Positions 1-5,010 of a stretch of 5,473 bases of DNA are shown in pieces. The stretch spans positions 1 to 5,473 of the IMG/VR virus record IMGVR_UViG_3300029171_000143. One strand, given 5' to 3'. A program made the position numbers and the translations under genes. This stretch comes from a virus. The notes beneath the pieces were generated by a model that ran no database searches, was not told the origin of the DNA, and saw nothing but the letters and a program-made list of their open reading frames with translations. The first letter of the stretch is position 1. Each line of letters begins with the position of its first letter.

Positions 1-99
1 ATTAGGCTGTCTTCGCTTCCTTTTGCTACGTTTGCGTTTATTCTTTGTAGTTCTTTTTGGTATTGCATTATTTGTCCTTGTAGCTTTGTGTTATCTGTT
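1..99. repeat. Left copy of a 99-nt terminal direct repeat; assembly overlap of a circular genome
   Basis: Bases 1-99 (attaggctgtcttcgcttcc...tgtgttatctgtt) match 5375-5473 exactly by hand alignment. The repeat lies inside one continuous minus-strand reading frame, so joining the ends restores an intact gene. Confidence 0.95.
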
Positions 100-608
100 T
101 CTGCCTTCATTTTATTTGTGCTTGCTATTATGTTCTCGGTGCTTGCTTTAGTTGCTGTGATTCCTGTTGTTACTGCTTCTGTGTCTACTCCTGCCGTTTT
201 TGCTGTGTCTACTTTTGTTTTTTGTGTGTTAGCTTCTATATTTTCTTTTTGTGCTTTTAGTAGTTCCATTTGCATTCCTGTTTGCATTCCCATCCCTATT
301 TCTCCGCTTCCTCCTGTTGCTGTTCCTGCTCCCACGTTTCCTGTTGGTGTGCTTGTTGTTCCACCTCCTGCTCCTCCCCCTCCGTACATTAGTCCTACGT
401 TTAATCCTGCTTTTTGCATTTGTTTTCTTTGTGCATCGTAGTTTGTTTTTTCCCACATGTCTAACGCTAGTTGTTGGTTGTATGCCCCCATTTGTTTGCT
501 TCCTTCTATCGCCATGTTTTGTAGTTTCTGTTGTTGTTCTATTTGGCGTTTATCTTGCCATTTGGCTGTTGCTAGGCCTAGGCCTGCCCCTATTGCTTGT
601 CCTATCAT
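1..608 (-). CDS. DNA pilot / minor capsid protein VP2, 5' (N-terminal) part; continues across the circular junction into 5473->5011
   Basis: ATG at 608-606 follows an in-frame TAA at 626-624. Hand translation is open all the way to base 1 and in frame with the ATG at 68, which is equivalent to 5442. The first 180 aa are MIGQAIGAGLGLATAKWQDKRQIEQQQKLQNMAIEGSKQMGAYNQQLALDMWEKTNYDAQRKQMQKAGLNVGLMYGGGGAGGGTTSTPTGNVGAGTATGGSGEIGMGMQTGMQMELLKAQKENIEANTQKTKVDTAKTAGVDTEAVTTGITATKASTENIIASTNKMKAETDNTKLQGQI. It has a short hydrophobic Gly-rich N-terminus, an NYxAQxxxMxKAGLNxxLMYGGGG motif that I recall from microvirus VP2/pilot proteins, and a Gly/Thr linker. The ORF track misses it because it runs off the window edge. 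Confidence 0.85.
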   Translation of the reverse strand, partial: MIGQAIGAGLGLATAKWQDKRQIEQQQKLQNMAIEGSKQMGAYNQQLALDMWEKTNYDAQRKQMQKAGLNVGLMYGGGGAGGGTTSTPTGNVGAGTATGGSGEIGMGMQTGMQMELLKAQKENIEANTQKTKVDTAKTAGVDTEAVTTGITATKASTENIIASTNKMKAETDNTKLQGQIMQYQKELQRINANVAKGSEDSL

Positions 609-672
609 TTTCGTGCTTTTTGGTTAATAAGCTTTAGTCTATTACTTGATATATATGAATACATGCGTACCG

Positions 673-1002
673 CTACTTCTTGTTACTGTCGGTAGTTCCT
701 TCCTTGCCTTGTATTGACTCGGTTTCCACCGAATTTTCCCCTTTTTTGGCCCTTTCTTCTCTTCTTGCCTTATAGCTTTTAGCGATTTTGTCTGTTGCAT
801 CTACTGCTATCTCGAACCTGTCTGTTCGTATGTTTGTGCTTGCTTTTATTCCTTCTTTTCTATCTGTGTATAGTAGTGGTGCCCCGTCTTTTATTGGTTC
901 TTTGTTGTTTACTATTCTTTCTATTTTTTGTTCTATTGTTTCTCCTTGTACTGATTGGTTTACTCTTATTGATGTTCCTGTGAATGTTGGTATTTTGTAC
1001 AT
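673..1002 (-). CDS. Small protein (109 aa) between VP1 and VP2; possible scaffolding or minor structural protein, function unverified
   Basis: ATG at 1002, TAG at 675-673. Normal protein-like composition: MYKIPTFTGTSIRVNQSVQGETIEQKIERIVNNKEPIKDGAPLLYTDRKEGIKASTNIRTDRFEIAVDATDKI... It fits exactly between the VP1 hairpin and VP2 on the same strand as all other genes. The segment GETIEQKIERIxNNKEPIxDGAPLxYTxRKxGxxxxxNIRTDRFEIA resembles a small protein I recall from gut microviruses, but this is not verified. Confidence 0.7.
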   Translation of the reverse strand: MYKIPTFTGTSIRVNQSVQGETIEQKIERIVNNKEPIKDGAPLLYTDRKEGIKASTNIRTDRFEIAVDATDKIAKSYKARREERAKKGENSVETESIQGKEGTTDSNKK

Positions 1003-1028
1003 AGTTTTGTTGTTTTAGTTTGTTATTA

Positions 1029-1044
1029 GGGGGGTTTCCCCCCC
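1029..1044. other. Perfect G6/C6 stem-loop just downstream of the VP1 stop codon
   Basis: Plus strand reads ggggggtttccccccc. On the coding strand this is GGGGGG-GAAA-CCCCCC, a 6-bp G:C stem with a GAAA (GNRA-type) loop. It lies in the 48-nt gap between the VP1 stop (1053-1051) and the 109-aa ORF start (1002). On the plus strand it is followed by a T7 run (1046-1052). Confidence 0.8.
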
Positions 1045-1050
1045 ATTTTT

Positions 1051-3117
1051 TTATAGATTTGGTATTACTTTTGCACTCATTTTTCTTCTTGCTGTCATGT
1101 TCACACCTATTTGTGTCCAAAAGTTTTGTGCGTCTCTTCTTGTGTCTGCAAATATGTGGTTGAATTTGCTTGGGTCTATGTATGTTGTTAAGTCCTTTAT
1201 TGATGACCCTCCAGTGCCATTTCCCACCGCTTGGTATCTTCTGTTTAGTGTCATGAACATTTGTTGTGCTTGGTCTGCAAAGTTTCCTCTTACTTGATTG
1301 ACGTTAGTCATGTAATTTATCCATGCTGGTTGTTTTCCTGCGCTTTTGTATACTGGTTGATTTGCTGTTGTTATTGCTGTGTCGAACCATGCCATTTGAT
1401 CTGTTACTAGGTCTTGGAATCCTATTTCATCTAGTGCTGGTTTGTGTAAGTCGTTCATTGAATCCAGTGTTGTGTCCCATTTGTTTCCCTGTGAATAGTC
1501 TATGTTTGGTGTTATACTTACTATTCCCATTAGATAACTTGGCTCATCTATTTTTACTGTTATATTGCCTCCTTTCCTTTTTTGTCCCATTGTTCCCCTT
1601 CCTGCTAGTGTCCCTAGTGGTTGGTTTGCTGTTGATGTGTTACTTATTACTTCTTGGAATACTAGATTTTGTATTAGTCCTCCCAAGTATATTGGGTTTT
1701 CTATGCTTCTTTGTCTGTCGTGTGTGTATACTGCGTCTAACCAGTCGTCATAGCTTCCCCCGCTTAGTGCTATTCTGTTTAGCATTTCGTATACCTTTTT
1801 ACTCATGTTTAGTTCATCTATTGTGAAGCTTCCCCCGCTTGTGTCTATTGCCGTCATTTGGCTTATTCCGTCTACTCCGTCTATCCATTCAGTGCTTATC
1901 CAGTTATTGAATAGGTCGCTATTATATGTTTTTAGTGCTAATCCTTCTTGTCCGTATCTTTTTGGATAGTCTAAGTTTGTTATGTCTTTTTTTAGTAGTG
2001 GTAGGTTGAATGGTTCTATTGATGTGTCATTTATTACGAAGGCTACTCCTAGTCCTGCTGTTATATCCGTTAGGATTTTTCTTCTCATTTCGTCTATGTT
2101 GTTTAGCGGGAATGTTTTTATTTGTGGTTCTGTGTTTCCGCTGTCGTTTATTACGTCTATTGGATTGTTTAGGTACCCTACTCCTCCGAATCCTGTTGGC
2201 CAGATTAGCGGTATTGCTCCTCCCCATGGCCCCGCGTCATTTATTCCTGTTCCTATTATTGTTCCTGTTGGTACGTCTACTTCCCAGTTTTTCATTAGTG
2301 TTGTTGCCCTTATATATACTCCGTCAGGGTTTTGTATTAGGTCGGTTTTTACTCTGAATATTAGTCTTGTTGGATCGAAGTTTTCGTCTATTCCTGTTCC
2401 TATTAGTGTTATTACGCTTTCTGCTGTTAGTGTTGTTTCTGTGAATACCCATGGCGGTACTGTTGCCAGTGGTATTGCTATATTTGGTATTGATTGCGTT
2501 ATGTTTGCGCTTGTGAATACTACGTTATCTTGTAGTAGTCTTTTGTGTATTACTGCTCCTATTTCTTCTTGTTTGTTTGCATAGTAGTTTTTGTATATGT
2601 CCCAATATCCTAGATATGGTATTGCGTTGAATCTTCTTGTTACTGTTGGTCTTGCTGTGTCTGGGTACCCTAGTCCTCTTATTCCTAAGTAGCTTAGTAT
2701 GCAGCTAGGGTTTATTTGTTGATTGTCTATTTGTTCGTTTGTTATTAGTGTGTCTGCTTGTATTTCTATTTTCGGGAATTTTATTTGGCTCATGTTTCTC
2801 CCGATTTCTAGTGTGTTCATATGTAGTTCTCTTTGGTATAGCCTCATTGGTATTTGAAATACGTGTGCTTCTACCTTGTATGTCCCGAATAGTGGCCCTA
2901 TCGTTGGATGTGTTAGTACATCCATGTTTAAGTCTATATCGAATGTATCGCCCGGTAGGGCGATTTCTGTCATAAATGGTACTAGTGTCCCTGAGGCCAT
3001 TGTGCTTCTCCATACGTACCCCATATCATGGGTACTTCTTTCGTAGTGATGTAGATAGGCTTTGTTCTTTTTTCCTGATCCTAGGCGTTCACCGCCTATT
3101 GTTACTTCGTGTCCCAT
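1051..3117 (-). CDS. Major capsid protein VP1 (Microviridae F-protein family), 688 aa
   Basis: It is the longest ORF in the window. The N-terminal region ...ERSTHDMGYVWRSTMASGTLVPFMTEIALPGDTFDIDLNMDVLTHPTIGPLFGTYKVEAHVFQIPMRLYQ... carries the family hallmarks: P-x-x-x-GD-x-F (phiX174 F has PVIAGDSFEMD) and F-x-x-P-x-R-x-x-Y (phiX174 F has FYVPHRHVY). The size and a long central insertion are typical of Alpavirinae-like capsids. Confidence 0.95.
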   Translation of the reverse strand: MGHEVTIGGERLGSGKKNKAYLHHYERSTHDMGYVWRSTMASGTLVPFMTEIALPGDTFDIDLNMDVLTHPTIGPLFGTYKVEAHVFQIPMRLYQRELHMNTLEIGRNMSQIKFPKIEIQADTLITNEQIDNQQINPSCILSYLGIRGLGYPDTARPTVTRRFNAIPYLGYWDIYKNYYANKQEEIGAVIHKRLLQDNVVFTSANITQSIPNIAIPLATVPPWVFTETTLTAESVITLIGTGIDENFDPTRLIFRVKTDLIQNPDGVYIRATTLMKNWEVDVPTGTIIGTGINDAGPWGGAIPLIWPTGFGGVGYLNNPIDVINDSGNTEPQIKTFPLNNIDEMRRKILTDITAGLGVAFVINDTSIEPFNLPLLKKDITNLDYPKRYGQEGLALKTYNSDLFNNWISTEWIDGVDGISQMTAIDTSGGSFTIDELNMSKKVYEMLNRIALSGGSYDDWLDAVYTHDRQRSIENPIYLGGLIQNLVFQEVISNTSTANQPLGTLAGRGTMGQKRKGGNITVKIDEPSYLMGIVSITPNIDYSQGNKWDTTLDSMNDLHKPALDEIGFQDLVTDQMAWFDTAITTANQPVYKSAGKQPAWINYMTNVNQVRGNFADQAQQMFMTLNRRYQAVGNGTGGSSIKDLTTYIDPSKFNHIFADTRRDAQNFWTQIGVNMTARRKMSAKVIPNL

Positions 3118-3121
3118 AATT

Positions 3122-3445
3122 TTATTTGTTTAAGTTGAGTTTTATTTGATTTTCTATTTCTGGTTCCTTATCTGATTTCTTTTTGTCTTCGTTTATTACT
3201 ATTTGTATTACCTGCATTATTCTGAACCAGCTTGCGTCTTTTGCTTCTTCTCTTGCTTCTTCTTCTGTTTCTAGTAGTTCTGTTAGTCTGTATTTTCCTA
3301 GTGCTAGGAACCATTTGTCATTTACTTTATTTATATTAAATGGTGTTCCTTCTATTATTTTTTGTTCAATTAGTTGTGAATTTGATTTGTTGTTGGTTGT
3401 TTTTTTCGCATTCCCATCTGTTGATCCTTGTTCCATTTTTTTCAT
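3122..3445 (-). CDS. Hypothetical small protein (107 aa) immediately upstream of VP1
   Basis: ATG at 3445 with a second ATG at 3436. TAA at 3124-3122, only 4 nt before the VP1 ATG, which suggests tight coupling. The core looks protein-like: IEGTPFNINKVNDKWFLALGKYRLTELLETEEEAREEAKDASWFRIMQVIQIVI. The N-terminal ~28 aa are low complexity. I recognise no family. Confidence 0.62.
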   Translation of the reverse strand: MKKMEQGSTDGNAKKTTNNKSNSQLIEQKIIEGTPFNINKVNDKWFLALGKYRLTELLETEEEAREEAKDASWFRIMQVIQIVINEDKKKSDKEPEIENQIKLNLNK

Positions 3446-3563
3446 TTATTTTGTATTTAGTGTTTAGTTTTATTTTTATATATTCTCCGTTTTCGAGGTG
3501 TTTCTTTTTTAGTAGCTCTCCCGTCTCTCTGTCTATGTATTCTGTTATTGTATTCCACCTCAT
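3366..3563 (-). CDS. Hypothetical small protein (65 aa); its 3' end overlaps the 107-aa ORF by 80 nt in another frame
   Basis: ATG at 3563, TGA at 3368-3366. The sequence MRWNTITEYIDRETGELLKKKHLENGEYIKIKLNTKYKINEKNGTRINRWECEK has a mixed, non-degenerate composition, unlike the R/K/N-rich alternative-frame ORFs. It fills an otherwise empty 118-nt gap. Stop codons are rare on this strand, so an ORF of this size is weak evidence on its own. Confidence 0.45.
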   Translation of the reverse strand: MRWNTITEYIDRETGELLKKKHLENGEYIKIKLNTKYKINEKNGTRINRWECEKNNQQQIKFTTN

Positions 3564-3601
3564 TTATTATAGTGGTTGTTGGTTTTATGTTTATACATGC
3601 G

Positions 3602-3622
3602 AATAGCCCTATAAGGGCTATT
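3602..3622. other. Perfect 9-bp stem / 3-nt loop hairpin between the 62-aa and 65-aa ORFs
   Basis: aatagccct-ata-agggctatt pairs 3602-3610 with 3614-3622 with no mismatches. It starts 5 nt downstream (coding direction) of the TAA at 3629-3627. Confidence 0.8.
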
Positions 3623-3626
3623 ATTG

Positions 3627-3815
3627 TTATTCTAGTAGGTTGCCTCCTATCCATCTTTGTGTTATTGTTCCGTATAGTTTTTTGAATTGTTCATATTCTG
3701 GCTCCGTTATCATTTTCATATCCTTCATTTTTTGGATATTGTTTTTTAGCGATTTTAGAGCGAATAGTGCGCTTGGCTTTCGGTTTTTTTTTGGCATTGT
3801 TTTTGATGGTTCCAT
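3627..3815 (-). CDS. Hypothetical small protein (62 aa) immediately downstream of rep
   Basis: ATG at 3815, 9 nt after the rep stop (3827-3825). TAA at 3629-3627. The sequence is MEPSKTMPKKNRKPSALFALKSLKNNIQKMKDMKMITEPEYEQFKKLYGTITQRWIGGNLLE: a basic N-terminus followed by an ordinary-looking C-terminal half. I recognise no family. Confidence 0.55.
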   Translation of the reverse strand: MEPSKTMPKKNRKPSALFALKSLKNNIQKMKDMKMITEPEYEQFKKLYGTITQRWIGGNLLE

Positions 3816-3824
3816 ATTTTTGTT

Positions 3825-4817
3825 TTATATTAAGTCTGCGAATATAAGCATTTCCTTTATTTCCGCAAGTTTTTTATCTCTTCTTTGTTCGAATATTAGA
3901 TTTCGTCTTTGTAGTTCGTATTTTTTTCTTTCCCAATTTATTTTATCGTCTCCATATCCTAGTCTTTCATTTTTTTCTCGCGCTTCTGTTAGTACTTTAT
4001 AGTATCTTTCATCTCCTTTGCTTATGTCTATTTTTATTCCATTTACCCATCTTTCTTGTTTATCTAGTTTTTCTATCCATAGTAGTTCTCTCTGTTCTTC
4101 TGTGTATATTTTATTTCTGTAGTATATTGGTAGGTTTATTTTTATTCCTTGTCTTGTTGTATATGTTTCTTTAGTTTCTCCGTTTATTTTGTATTTGTTT
4201 AGTCCTGCGTCTACTCTATTTATGTAGTTTCCTCCTATTCCTGCGCTTGTTAGTATTTTTGGTCTATACTCTTTGTGTGCTAGGTCTTGTTTGCTTACAT
4301 ATTTTTGTATGTAGTTTACTGTTCTTTCGTTTACGTAGCTTCCTATCCATGTGTAGCCATATTTCCATATTCTGTTTATTTCTTCTTTTTTATCTGTCCA
4401 TATTATTCCGTGTACATGTATATGTTCTGTAGTTCCGTGTCCTAGTTCTGTTACTAGCCAGTGTTTTACGCTTGTTCCGTATTCTTTTCTCCATCTTTCT
4501 AGGAATCTCCTTACTGCTAGTGTTATTATTTCGTTTTCTCTTTCATATCCTGTTATTCCTGTTATTTCTGTGTTTAGTTTTAGTAGTTCTTTTGTGCTTA
4601 TTGTTAGTGTTACGAATTGTCCGTGTTTAGTTACTCTTATTTCTTCTTGTAGTCTTACTTGCCATTGTCTTGCTTTTTGTTTTCTGCACTCCATACATTT
4701 TGTGCATCCTATTGGTACATATTTTGTTCTTTCATCTTTGCATTCTGGTATTATTCCTCCGTTCTTTTTGTTTGCTGTGTATTTTCTGTTTAGTATTATC
4801 TTTGGATATAGGCACAT
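3825..4817 (-). CDS. Replication initiation protein VP4 (HUH rolling-circle endonuclease, phiX174 gpA-like), 330 aa
   Basis: Motif I is FVTLTIS. The HUH motif is EHIHVHGIIW (H132-H136 at 4424-4410, checked codon by codon). The double-tyrosine motif VNYIQKYVSKQDLA has Y169 at 4313-4311 and Y173 at 4301-4299, matching the phiX174 gpA active site YVAKYVNKKSDMDLA. The N-terminus is Cys-rich: MCLYP...PECK...GCTKCMECRKQKARQW. Confidence 0.93.
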   Translation of the reverse strand: MCLYPKIILNRKYTANKKNGGIIPECKDERTKYVPIGCTKCMECRKQKARQWQVRLQEEIRVTKHGQFVTLTISTKELLKLNTEITGITGYERENEIITLAVRRFLERWRKEYGTSVKHWLVTELGHGTTEHIHVHGIIWTDKKEEINRIWKYGYTWIGSYVNERTVNYIQKYVSKQDLAHKEYRPKILTSAGIGGNYINRVDAGLNKYKINGETKETYTTRQGIKINLPIYYRNKIYTEEQRELLWIEKLDKQERWVNGIKIDISKGDERYYKVLTEAREKNERLGYGDDKINWERKKYELQRRNLIFEQRRDKKLAEIKEMLIFADLI

Positions 4818-5010
4818 ATTATTGGTATGTATATAGGTATGTTTATTGTGTAGTATTTTGTGTTTATTTTTATTGTGATTATTAATGTTGGCATTTTTTT
4901 ACTCTGGGGTTACCATTTATTTTATAGAGGTACGTGACAGGTAGGCGGGCCCCGCCATTTGTTTCAAATGGAAGGGTGTGCCACCTCCTGCCCGTCTCGG
5001 GCTCCTTATT
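4818..5010 (-). promoter_or_regulatory. Main noncoding region between the VP2 stop and the rep start; presumed control/origin region
   Basis: This 193-nt stretch has no credible ORF. The rep-proximal half (4818-4900) is AT-rich with short direct repeats. The distal half (4941-5005) is GC-rich (about 42 of 65 bases by hand count) and full of short inverted repeats. I could not identify a convincing -35/-10 promoter or a Bacteroides-type TAnnTTTG promoter. Confidence 0.6.
4944..5002. other. Cluster of four short GC-rich stem-loops, each with a 3-nt loop
   Basis: There are four stem-loops. First, ggcgg-gcc-ccgcc (4944-4956). Second, ccatttg-ttt-caaatgg (4955-4971), which shares 2 nt with the first. 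Third, ggtg-tgc-cacc (4975-4985). Fourth, gcccg-tct-cgggc (4990-5002). All pairings were checked base by base. Confidence 0.75.

Noticed and set aside
1-99. The terminal repeat read as a biological direct terminal repeat, LTR or mobile-element end.
   Set aside because: The repeat is exact and lies in the middle of the VP2 coding frame. Microviridae genomes are circular ssDNA without terminal redundancy, so a circular-contig assembly overlap is the simplest explanation.
288-386. A low-complexity tcc/tgt/tgc-rich stretch that resembles a microsatellite or tandem repeat.
   Set aside because: It has no fixed repeat unit. It is the coding sequence of the Gly/Thr/Ala-rich linker of VP2 (GGGGAGGGTTSTPTGNVGAGTATGGSG).
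229-456. A highly basic 75-aa minus-strand ORF inside VP2 (MGKNKLRCTKK...RRGRSRRWNNK...). I considered it as a phiX174 J-like DNA-binding protein.
   Set aside because: It is the +1 reading of the GGA/GCA-rich Gly linker of VP2, where GGAGGA reads as AGG AGG. It starts at GTG, and every alternative-frame ORF on this A-rich strand is equally R/K/N-rich. Basicity is therefore not informative here.
573-584. A tandem aggcct x2 (taggcctaggcc), a palindromic hexamer duplication.
   Set aside because: It is only 12 nt and simply encodes the G-L-G-L of the VP2 N-terminal Gly-zipper. There is no sign of a regulatory role.
860-3013. Other minus-strand alternative-frame ORFs: 860..1120 (86 aa), 2027..2227 (66 aa) and 2705..3013 (102 aa).
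   Set aside because: Their composition is degenerate and R/N/K/T-rich with no hydrophobic core. They are nested in VP1 or run across the VP1 hairpin. Such ORFs are expected by chance because the T-poor strand has few stop codons.
4921-4945. A sigma-70-like promoter around the coding-strand TATAAA (CCTCTATAAAATAAATGG) upstream of rep.
   Set aside because: The best -35-like hexamer (CTGTCA) is only 8 nt away. No acceptable -35/-10 pair exists, and there is no Bacteroides-type TAnnTTTG element. I cannot support a specific promoter call.
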